Of a DNA stretch of 22,079 bases, positions 9,935-19,102 are shown piece after piece (the first letter of the stretch is position 1; each line of letters opens with the position of its first letter). A program made the translations under genes and the position numbers. The DNA lies in the NCBI GenBank assembly GCA_040289575.1, contig PSLL01000031.1:2949-25027 (forward strand), in the 5' to 3' direction. The notes beneath the pieces were generated by a model. It searched no databases. It had not been told where the DNA came from and saw nothing but the letters and a program-made list of their open reading frames with translations. The stretch is from Candidatus Dadabacteria bacterium (GTDB lineage: Bacteria; Desulfobacterota_D; UBA1144; Nemesobacterales; CSP1-2).

Positions 9935-10912
9935 ATGATAGTCAGAAGGGCTTTTCTCTTGCCTTTTATATCTGTTTTCGCGTTGTTTTTAACAATAATG
10001 CCCCCGCACATTGTCTACGGACATGGTGAGGGGCGATTGGGTGGGGACGAAAATGAAAAGAAGGTACCTTCTAATAATATCGGTGTAGAGCTTTCGGATA
10101 TTGCTCAAAAGAGCATAGGTCTTAAGGTAGTTCAAGCTGAGATAAGGCGGGTTGAAGACGTTCTAATAGTCAGTGGCATAGTAAAACCCGAACCCAATAG
10201 AGTTGCCGATGTGACCACAAGAGCCGAAGGTCTCATTCAGGAGATCTATGTAAACCTTGGAGATCGAGTAAAAAAAGGACAAAAGCTCGCCACAATACTT
10301 CCCCGCCAAATAGGCAATCCCCCACCTCTGGTATCAATTACGGCACCGCTCTCAGGAATTGTTATTGAGAGAAATATATCGCTTGGCGGCGCAGTAGAGC
10401 CCAATAAAACCCTTTTTCGGATTGTGGACTTATCAAAGGTGATTGTAGAGGGTGATGTATTTGAAAGAGATGTATCTAAGGTGAAACTTGGTCAGGATGC
10501 ACGTATAAGGCTAGATGCTTATCCAAACAGGATTTTTACAGGAAAAGTAACATTTGTTGCCAGTCAACTCGACCCCCAGAAACGCACGCTACACCTTTGG
10601 ATTTCTGTAGATAACAAGGAAGAATTACTCAAGCCTGAGCTTTTTGCCAGGGTTGCTCTTGTAGTTAAGTCCGCTAGAGAGGTCTTAACTGTTCCAGTAG
10701 ATGCAATCATTTATGATGGGGCGGAAAAATTTGTGTTCGTAAAGAACGGGAATCGGTTCATTCGTCAGGATGTTGGCACAGGTGCAAGTGATGACCGCTA
10801 CGTTGAAATTACAGGTGGCCTTTATCCTGGCGATAAGGTGGTCACGGACGGCAATCGGGAAGTTTATACAAAGTGGTTATTCGGCAGCGGCAGTTTAGAA
10901 GAGAAGGAATAA
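9935..10912 (+). CDS. RND efflux periplasmic adaptor (CzcB/CusB-like), lacking the alpha-helical hairpin
   Basis: 325 aa; lipoyl halves NLGDRVKKGQKLA and ITAPLSGIV, LFRIVDLSKV, GKVTFVASQLDPQKRTL, LKPELF, GLYPGDKVVTDG. Confidence 0.92.
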   Translation: MIVRRAFLLPFISVFALFLTIMPPHIVYGHGEGRLGGDENEKKVPSNNIGVELSDIAQKSIGLKVVQAEIRRVEDVLIVSGIVKPEPNRVADVTTRAEGLIQEIYVNLGDRVKKGQKLATILPRQIGNPPPLVSITAPLSGIVIERNISLGGAVEPNKTLFRIVDLSKVIVEGDVFERDVSKVKLGQDARIRLDAYPNRIFTGKVTFVASQLDPQKRTLHLWISVDNKEELLKPELFARVALVVKSAREVLTVPVDAIIYDGAEKFVFVKNGNRFIRQDVGTGASDDRYVEITGGLYPGDKVVTDGNREVYTKWLFGSGSLEEKE

Positions 10913-10951
10913 ATAACTTAAGTAAACAGAAAAATAGATAGGATTGAAAAT

Positions 10952-12995
10952 ATGGGCGACGATATGAAACACGATGTGCATAAAGGGCATGAAATGGATA
11001 CTGCGAAACACGGAGATGTAAAACACAAAGAGCGTAGTCATATAGACCACCATGCTCACTTGGTAGCCGAATTAAAAAGGAGATTCTGGGTATCTCTCAT
11101 AATCACAGTACCGATCCTTATCCTTTCTCCCGTCATTCAGGAATGGATTGGTATTGATAATGCCATTCGATTTTCAGGCGACTTATATGTCCTTTTTGCG
11201 CTTTCTTCCGTCGTCTTTTTCTACGGCGGCTATCCTTTTCTCAGAGGGTTATTTGACGATCTAGAATCATCAAGACCCGGGGATGATGACACTCATTGCC
11301 ATAGCCATTACAACGGCTTACCTGTACAGCAGCGCTGTGGCTTTCGGTCTTAGCGGCATGGTTTTCTTCTGGGAACTCGCCACCCTAATTGATATTATGC
11401 TTCTTGGCCACTGGATAGAGATGAAATCCGTTATGAGTGCTTCAAAGGCGCTTGAAGAGCTAGCAAGGCTTATGCTGTCAGAAGCGCATAAACTCATGCC
11501 GGATGGAGATGTAAAGGATGTTCCATTGGATGAGCTTAGTTTAGATGACAGGGTGATTGTAAAACCCGGAGAGAAGATACCCGCTGATGGAGAGGTAATT
11601 GAGGGAGAGACCTCTGTTAATGAGGCCATGCTCACAGGTGAATCAAAACCCCTGCCCAAAAATAAAGGAGCAAAGGTTATCGGAGGCTCTATAAATGGCG
11701 AAGGTTCGATTATCGTGAAGATAGAGAAAATAGGCAAAGACTCCTTTCTCTCTCAGGTGATAAAACTCGTCAAAGAAGCCCAGGAAAGTAAATCAAAGAC
11801 TCAGGATTTAGCAAATGTGGCTGCACTCTGGCTCACGATCATAGCCATTGCCAGCGGAGCGATCACACTCTTTATATGGTTGGTCGTAATAAATAAGGAC
11901 TTTGCCTTTTCCATAGAGCGGGCTGTAACTGTAATGGTTATTACCTGTCCCCATGCACTGGGGCTTGCAGTTCCTCTGGTAGTTGCTGTCTCAACTGCAA
12001 TCTCCGCAAAAAACGGTCTGCTTATAAGAAACCGTGCCGCATTCGAAGGGGCAAGGAATATTCAGGCAATAATATTCGATAAGACAGGAACCATTACAGA
12101 GGGTAAATTCGGTATTACCGATACAATTATCCTTTCAGACGACATTAATGAAAAGGAACTCTTAAAATACGCCGCATCAGTGGAGGCGTACTCCGAACAT
12201 CCCATTGCAAAGGGAATTGCTTTGTCATCCACCGAAACCTTCCCCGTTGAAGGATTCAGGGCAATCCCTGGTAAGGGAACAGAGGGAAGGGTAAACGGGA
12301 GGGATGTAAGGGTTGTAAGCCCCGGATACCTGAGGGAGCAAAATATACCTGTAAATGACGAGCGGATTAATAGGTTCTCTTCTCAAGGAAAGACCGTCGT
12401 ATTTGTAATAATGGATGGAAAGCTAAAAGGTGCGATCGCCCTTGCGGACATCATAAGGCCTGGGTCTAAAAAAGCCATTTCGAGGCTCAAGGAAATGGGT
12501 ATCAGATGTATGATGATAACAGGGGACAATAAAAATGTTGCTAAATGGGTATCTAAGGAAGTAGGCCTCGATGAATATTTTGCAGAGGTATTGCCCCAGG
12601 AAAAGTCAGCAAGGGTGAAGGAGGTTCAATCCAGAGGGCTGATTGTTGCCATGACCGGTGACGGTGTAAACGATGCTCCTTCTATCGCACAGGCCGATGT
12701 GGGAATTGCCATCGGTGCTGGCACCGATGTTGCCGTAGAGACGGCGGACATCATACTTGTAAGAAGCAATCTACTTGATGTGGTGTCAATTATAGGTCTT
12801 GCACGCGCGACGTATAAAAAGATGGTACAGAACCTTGTCTGGGCAACGGGTTATAACGCCTTTGCTATTCCCCTTGCAGCAGGAGTGTTCTATAAGTCGG
12901 GAATGCTTCTCAGTCCTGCACTCGGTGCGGTGTTTATGTCCTTGAGCACTGTAATTGTGGCAATCAATGCGAGATTCTTAAGGGTGGTGAAATAA
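10952..12995 (+). pseudogene. copB: CopB-type (P1B-3) copper-exporting P-type ATPase, frameshifted
   Basis: His-rich N-terminus (ORF 10952-11353) joins ORF 11283-12995 (TGES, CPHALGLAVP, DKTGT, SEHP, GDGVNDAP, YN, MSLST) if one G is removed from GGGG at 11279-11282, restoring RPGMMTLIA (680 aa). The downstream ORF might still be translated alone. Confidence 0.85.
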
Positions 12996-12998
12996 GAA

Positions 12999-15900
12999 AT
13001 GTTCAATGCAATAATTGGTTGGTCTCTAAATAACAAACTCCTCGTCGTATTGGCTACTGCTATCTTCCTTGGCGCTTCTATTTATCTTGTGGGACAGATG
13101 CCTGTGGATGTTTTTCCTGAGTTTGCACCACCACAGGTCGTAGTTCAGACTGAGGCTCCTGGACTCTCATCTGAGGATGTAGAGGCGCTAATCACATTTC
13201 CAATAGAGAGTGCAGTAAATGGGACTCCCGGCGTTGATACGGTTCGCTCATCCTCTTCTGTGGGTATTTCAGCTGTAATTGTCGTATTTAAATGGGGCAC
13301 AAATATCTATACCGCACGCCAGCTTATAAATGAGCGTATCCAGTCAGTTACAGGACGGTTCACTGCGGGCACAAAACCGCCTGTGATGCTCCCTGTTACA
13401 TCTGCCGTAGGTTGGCTGGTCAAATACAGTTTAACGAGTGACAAGCTTTCACCTATGGAACTCCGAACAATCTCGGATTGGCAAATCCGTCCTAGGATTC
13501 TTTCAATTGGTGGTATAGCCTCTGTTGTTTCCATTGGAGGGGAGGTCAAGCAATACCAAGTCCTTGTTGATCCATTAAAGCTAAGGGCATTTGATGTGAC
13601 TCTGGCTCAGGTAAAGGAGGCGGTAGAGAAATCAAACATAAATGTTCCGGGAGCTTTTTTATATCGTGGTGGTGAGGAATTTGTTGTCACAGGGGTTGGG
13701 CGAATTACCACATTGGATGACTTAAGGAGGACTGTAGTAGTTGTTCGTAATGATGGAACTCCAATTACACTTGGTCAGTTGGCAGAAGTTAAGCTAGGCC
13801 CTGAGATAAAGCGTGGAGACGGCGCTTTTATGAACAGCCCTGCTGTTATTGGTACGATCTCAAAGGCTTATGGTGCCGATACTTTAACTACAACACGTAA
13901 GGTTGAAAAGGTCCTTGAAGAGATTAAGGCAAAGCTTCCTGCTGGTGTCCAGATGAATTATCACGTTTTTAGGCAAGCCGACTTCATCGAATCCGCTATC
14001 AAAAACCTCAAAGACGCCCTCTGGCAGGGTGGAGTCATAGTAATGGTGGTTCTCTTTTTATTTCTCTATAACTTCCGTGCCTCATTTATCAGCCTTATTG
14101 CTATGCCGCTATCACTACTTGCAGGGTTAATGGTTTTAAGAGCCTTCGGTATTGAAATTAACTCGATGACTCTAGGGGGACTTGCCATTGCCATAGGTAT
14201 TGTGGTTGATGATGCGATAATAGATGTGGAAAACGTCTTTAGAAGACTACGCCTTAACCGAGCGTTACCTCATCCTGAGCCTGTGCTTGGGGTTGTCTTT
14301 AAGGGTTCAACCGAGATTAGAAACTCTATAGTCTATGCCACATTTATTATCATCATTGCTTTTTTCCCTGTGTTTTTACTCTCAGGTCTTGAAGGGAGGA
14401 TTTTTACTCCACTTGGGATTGCATTCATAGCGAGTGTCCTTTCCTCACTATTTGTGGCTGTGACGACAACCCCTGTGCTTTGTTATTTGCTTCTTACACG
14501 TAAAGAGGAGAGAGAACATGATAGGGAACTGGTTCAATCAGGAGTACACTTACTAGAGCCAGAGACTGCTTTTAGTAATCCGGGTGATGCTGGTTCAGAC
14601 AACAGTAAAGAATCTAGCCATGTGGAAGTAGAAAAAGAAGGTGCATTGGTGCGGTTTCTAAAGGGGGAGTATAAACGTGTTCTCCATCATTTGCTAAATC
14701 GTTTCTATTTGGTGATGGGTGTTTCTCTCATTCTACTTATTAGTGCAATTGCAATGCTTCCATTTTTTTGGCCGCTCTTTTTTGCCTGAGTTTCGTGAAG
14801 GTAACTTCATAATTGCTCTATCAACGCTTCCCGGTACATCTCTACGAGAGTCAATGCGGCTCGGTTCGCTGATTCGAAAGAACCTTACAGACAAATCGAA
14901 ATATCCGGAGATTGTCTCAATTGCCCAACGTGCCGGGCGTGCGGAACTAGATGAAGATGCACAGCCGCCCAACTTCAGCGAGTTTGACCTGACAATCAGG
15001 TATGGAAAGAGACCGGCCGATAGGTTAATCGAGGCAATACGAGATGATTTAAAACAAATCCCCGGAGTTGCGGTGAATGTTGGCCAATTTATCTCCCACA
15101 GAATGGACGAAGTGCTCTCGGGTATACGTGCACAGGTGGCTATTAAGATTTATGGTCCCGATCTGACCAAATTACGAATACTCGGAAAACAGGCAAGGGA
15201 CATAATAGGAACGGTAAAGGGGATTGAGGATTTGCAATTAGAACAGCAAATTGACGTTCCTCAGATTGTCGTCAAATTCAATCGTGAGAGAGCCGCTCGA
15301 TATGGACTTAACGTAGGTAACTTAGCTGAAATTACCGAAACCTCGCTCAACGGCACCACAGTCTCACAGGTGTTGGAAGGTCAGAAGACGTTTGATCTCT
15401 TTATTCAGCTGAGTGAAGAATCAAGAAATAATATTGAGTCTGTTAAGAATATCCTTATTGACACTCCAACGGGGGCAAAGATTCCTCTTCACGAGGTTGC
15501 CGACATACATATTGAAAATCGCCCATACGTAATAAATCGTGAGCAGGCTCAGCGACGTTTCCGGTCGTGACTTAAATAGTGTCATTAATGAAGCTAAGCA
15601 GAAGATTGAATCTGGGGTAAAGCTACCTTCTTCGGATTATTTTATTGAATACGGCGGTCAGTTTGAGAGTCAGCAGAGGGCAACAAGGATTCTTACAATC
15701 TTTGGGATTGTTGCGGTACTTGGAATCTTTATGATGCTATATCAGGCTTTTGGAAACGCGCGTGAAGCCACAATGGTAATGGTTAATCTTCCCCTTGCCC
15801 TCATAGGCGGTGTTTATGCTGTTTTTCTCACAGGAGGAGAACTAAGTGTACCCTCGCTAATTGGTTTTATAACTCTGTTTGGAATCGCAGTACGAAATGG

Positions 15901-16198
15901 AGTTATTCTCATAACCCATTACAACCAGTTACGAAAGGAAAAAGGGTTATCTTTGCATGACACTGTTATCCAGGGTTCACTTGACCGATTGAATCCGATT
16001 CTAATGACGGCTTCTGTTGCCGCGCTTGCTCTTATTCCCCTCCTCATTGGCGAACCAACTGGTAAGGAGATTGAAAGACCGCTTGCAATTGTGCTTCTTG
16101 GAGGCCTACTTACATCAACCTTCTTGAACTTGTTGATTATTCCTACGTTATATAACAAGGTTGAAGCCTGGCGTGGGAGAAAATATGGTTTACAATAA
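12999..16198 (+). pseudogene. CzcA/CusA-family heavy-metal RND permease, split by two frameshifts
   Basis: Three consecutive ORFs (12999-14789, 14719-15570, 15539-16198) cover one HME-RND protein (PVDVFPEF, GIVVDDAIIDVEN, FLPEFREG, GFITLFGIAVRNG, RLNPILMT). Breaks at T7 14763-14769 and near 15555-15558. Confidence 0.9.
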
Positions 16199-16219
16199 GA
16201 AATGCAGGAGGAAATAGAA

Positions 16220-16759
16220 ATGAAGCAAAATTCCCTTTCCACTTTATTGATCGTGTTTGTTCTACTTACCTTTATCACCGTATTGAGCCGAGCCGAATCA
16301 AACACCATACAAATCACAGTGGGCGACTTCTACTTCCGACCGCAAACAATTCAAATCAGGGGGGGTCAGGAGGTGAGGATTAACCTCATTAATGAAGGGA
16401 AAATCGAACACGAGTTCATGATAGGCCGCGGGGTGGAAGGGGGCAAATCTCATATGGAAATGTCCACTGAGCATGAGAGAGAACATAGTCATCTTGAGAA
16501 GGCGGACAATCTGCATTCAGATGTATCAAAGAGGTTTGAAAAGGATTTTTTTGAAGGAGTTGAGGTTGTTGCTCGGACTGAAGGCGGAGCTAAATTTATG
16601 AGTGTTCCGGGTCACGGGACGATGGTAAGATTAAAGCCGGAAAGCAGAGCCACAATTGCTTTCACAGTGCCAACCGACCGTAAAGGTAGGTGGCAGATGG
16701 CTTGTTTTTTGCCCGGACACTATGAGGCTAAGATGAAAGGGGAAATCATTGTAAAATAG
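16220..16759 (+). CDS. Periplasmic cupredoxin-domain protein (CopI-like)
   Basis: Signal peptide, DFYFRPQTIQI, HEFMIG, His/Met-rich insert, C-terminal type-1 Cu ligand loop CFLPGHYEAKM. AGGAGG RBS favours ATG 16220 over 16202. Confidence 0.88.
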   Translation: MKQNSLSTLLIVFVLLTFITVLSRAESNTIQITVGDFYFRPQTIQIRGGQEVRINLINEGKIEHEFMIGRGVEGGKSHMEMSTEHEREHSHLEKADNLHSDVSKRFEKDFFEGVEVVARTEGGAKFMSVPGHGTMVRLKPESRATIAFTVPTDRKGRWQMACFLPGHYEAKMKGEIIVK

Positions 16760-16779
16760 AGAAGGGTTTTATTGGAGGG

Positions 16780-17646
16780 TTAACGATTTTTTTTCAAAGA
16801 CTGCTTTTTCTTTAAAATCTGGATGATAAAGCTGAGCATCATTACACCCTTGGATCCATCTTCGTTGTCCTTTAATGATTGAACATACTCTATATTTTCC
16901 TTTATTAACTTGTCTTCTGGAGAGAGTTTAAGAGCGGTTCTCAAAATGTCTAACGCCTCATCGTACCAGCCCTTTTCAACTAATGACATGGCAAGGGAGT
17001 TGTAAGCCGGAATAAAATTCGGACAGGTGCTTATGATTTCTCTATACTTGTTTACTGATTCATCTATCCATCCGCAGTCAGAATAGCAGTTTCCAATTGA
17101 GAGATGAGCCCAAATGTCTCCTGGAAAAAGCTCAACCTGCCGCTTAAATTCTCTCAGTGCCTCGAGAGTCCATCCCATATCAAAGTAGCATAAACCCAGC
17201 TGGTAGTGAACCTCACCCTTTATGTAGTCCGAATTCGGATCTGTCTTTATACATTCTGTAAATTCGGACAGCGCGTTCTCATAGCATCCAAACGCCCTAT
17301 ATGTCAGGGCTAGATTCCATCTGGCTACAATGTAGTCGGGCTCAATTGCCAGAGCCTCTTCAAAAACGGCAAGCGCATCGCTGTATCGCCCCACCCTTCC
17401 AAGAGTAATTCCAAACTGCGTCCAGATGTAGGCATCTTTGGGACCGAGTTCAATTGCCTTTTTGAAATACTCAATGGACCTTTCAAACTCTTCCATTGCG
17501 TCATAAGTGAGTGCGAATAATAAATAGACATCTGGGTCGTATGGGGCAATTTTCAGGGCCTTTGTGAGTTCATTGAGCGCTTCTTCAAATCTTCCGGCTT
17601 CCTTAAAATTGTCAGCTTTATTCAGCAGTCTTTCGAGTCTTCTCAT
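16780..17646 (-). CDS. Tetratricopeptide repeat protein
   Basis: 288 aa with about seven 34-aa TPR-like units (A..F..A+.L.P pattern); GGAG RBS. Confidence 0.9.
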   Translation of the reverse strand: MRRLERLLNKADNFKEAGRFEEALNELTKALKIAPYDPDVYLLFALTYDAMEEFERSIEYFKKAIELGPKDAYIWTQFGITLGRVGRYSDALAVFEEALAIEPDYIVARWNLALTYRAFGCYENALSEFTECIKTDPNSDYIKGEVHYQLGLCYFDMGWTLEALREFKRQVELFPGDIWAHLSIGNCYSDCGWIDESVNKYREIISTCPNFIPAYNSLAMSLVEKGWYDEALDILRTALKLSPEDKLIKENIEYVQSLKDNEDGSKGVMMLSFIIQILKKKQSLKKNR

Positions 17647-17685
17647 TGTGGTTTACTCCATTAGGAGGGTTGCAGTTTGGATTAA

Positions 17686-17714
17686 AGCATATTTGTTGAG
17701 TCAGCCCTTGTCAA
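17686..17714 (-). promoter_or_regulatory. sigma70-type promoter for the TPR gene
   Basis: Minus strand TTGACA (17714-17709), 17 nt, TATGCT (17691-17686). Confidence 0.6.
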
Positions 17715-17753
17715 CTGTCTAAGGTATTGGCTATTTGATAAATTTCTCAAGAC

Positions 17754-17782
17754 TTGACAACAGGTGACGAATCAAATAAATT
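17754..17782 (+). promoter_or_regulatory. sigma70-type promoter for the IHF/HU gene
   Basis: TTGACA (17754-17759), 17 nt, TAAATT (17777-17782). Confidence 0.6.
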
Positions 17783-17812
17783 GGATTTCAAACTCATAAC
17801 AGGGGTCTTCAG

Positions 17813-18100
17813 ATGAAAAGATCAGAACTGGAAAAGGAGTTGGCCGACAAATTCAATCTTCAGCCTGAGCAATCCGAGCAGATTATTGATACTATTATTA
17901 GCCACATGACTGATGTACTTCAGGGCGGCGGCAGGATTGAGATAAGGGGTTTCGGTAGTTTCTTTACAAAGAGCTATAAGCCATATAGTGGCAGGAATCC
18001 CAGAACCGGAGAAACGGTGCAGGTTTTACCTAAAAGGCTTCCCCACTTTAGGCCCAGTAAGGAACTTAGAAAAGCGCTGAATGAAGGCAGAAGCAGGTAG
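17813..18100 (+). CDS. ihfB: Integration host factor beta-like / HU-family DNA-binding protein
   Basis: 95 aa; RIEIRGFGSF, GRNPRTGE, PHFRPSKEL are IHF-beta-type motifs. Confidence 0.85.
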   Translation: MKRSELEKELADKFNLQPEQSEQIIDTIISHMTDVLQGGGRIEIRGFGSFFTKSYKPYSGRNPRTGETVQVLPKRLPHFRPSKELRKALNEGRSR

Positions 18101-18219
18101 GTACAAAGATTATAAAAACTACAGATCGAAATTCTCAATTTATTTTTGTCACAAATGTCTCATTCTGAGTTTCTATAATAACTAACCGCTTTAGTGTTAT
18201 ACTATAGATCAAATCCTAT

Positions 18220-18248
18220 TTGACATAAGCCTCAAAGTAAAATATTAT
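18220..18248 (+). promoter_or_regulatory. sigma70-type promoter for the tRNA
   Basis: TTGACA (18220-18225), 17 nt, TATTAT (18243-18248), 16 nt upstream of the tRNA. Confidence 0.7.
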
Positions 18249-18264
18249 AATCATTTAACCATGA

Positions 18265-18341
<77 letters not shown>

Positions 18342-18409
18342 ATCTTTACAGTAACTTACATCAATCTAATTTCCCTCTAAATTTTCACTGAGAAGGGGTT
18401 GTCGAATAT

Positions 18410-19102
18410 TTATTCTCCCCTAAGAACAAACCGATAACCTATCCACGGTTCGGTCAAGATATAATGAGGATTCTGTGGATCCGGTTCAATCTTTCGGCGT
18501 AGTTGATTGATAACGACCCGTAGATACTCCGTTTGTTCCGATGATGACCAACCCCAGACGGCTCGAAGGAGGGCTCGGTGTGTTACCACCTTACCAGCAT
18601 TCTGGACTAGGTACTTTAGCACATCAAATTCCTTGGGGGTAAGCTTCACCTCTTGACCTGACACAGTGACACGTCGGGTATTCAGTTCTATGATTAATTC
18701 GCCTGCTGTCAGCATTGGGTTGTCTTCCGCGGCCGGGATGCGCCTTAGAACTGCCCGCACGCGAGCGAGCAACTCATCCATGCTAAAGGGCTTTGTTACA
18801 TAATCATCGGCTCCCAAATCCAGAGCTATAACCTTGTCATGCTCCGATCCCTTGGCCGACAACACCAGTATAGGGACAGAAGCAAACTCGCGCACATGAC
18901 GGCAGACCTCAAGCCCGGACATCTCCGGCATTACCAAATCAAGGATAATGAGGTCAGGCATCTCTTTCTGAATTTGATCCAGAGCCTCCTGACCGCTACG
19001 GACGGTTACCACTTCATAGCCGCGAGGTGGTAAACTCGCACGCATGACACGTAGGATTTGTGGTTCATCATCTACAACAAGTATGAGAGGTTTTCTAATC
19101 AT
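18410..19102 (-). CDS. kdpE: KdpE-type OmpR-family response regulator
   Basis: ILVVDDEPQI, DLIILDL, ALDLGADDYVTKPF, EYLRVVINQLRRKIEPDPQNPHYILTEPWIGYR. True start is most likely ATG 19102 (G-rich RBS, 8-nt overlap with the kinase), 230 aa. Confidence 0.93.
   Translation of the reverse strand: MIRKPLILVVDDEPQILRVMRASLPPRGYEVVTVRSGQEALDQIQKEMPDLIILDLVMPEMSGLEVCRHVREFASVPILVLSAKGSEHDKVIALDLGADDYVTKPFSMDELLARVRAVLRRIPAAEDNPMLTAGELIIELNTRRVTVSGQEVKLTPKEFDVLKYLVQNAGKVVTHRALLRAVWGWSSSEQTEYLRVVINQLRRKIEPDPQNPHYILTEPWIGYRFVLRGE

Noticed and set aside
12991..16204. Identical 11-mer AATAAGAAATG at the copB/RND (12991-13001) and RND/cupredoxin (16194-16204) junctions
   Set aside because: Largely explained by stop codon + GAA + ATG in AT-rich sequence; too short to claim a target-site duplication.
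17735..17750. Near-palindrome TTGATAAATTTCTCAA between the divergent TPR and ihfB promoters, FNR-like
   Set aside because: Spacing does not fit TTGAT-N4-ATCAA and no regulator can be assigned from one AT-rich site.
18342..18409. Possible genomic island attachment site at the tRNA-fMet 3' end
   Set aside because: No integrase and no duplicated tRNA 3' end seen in the window.
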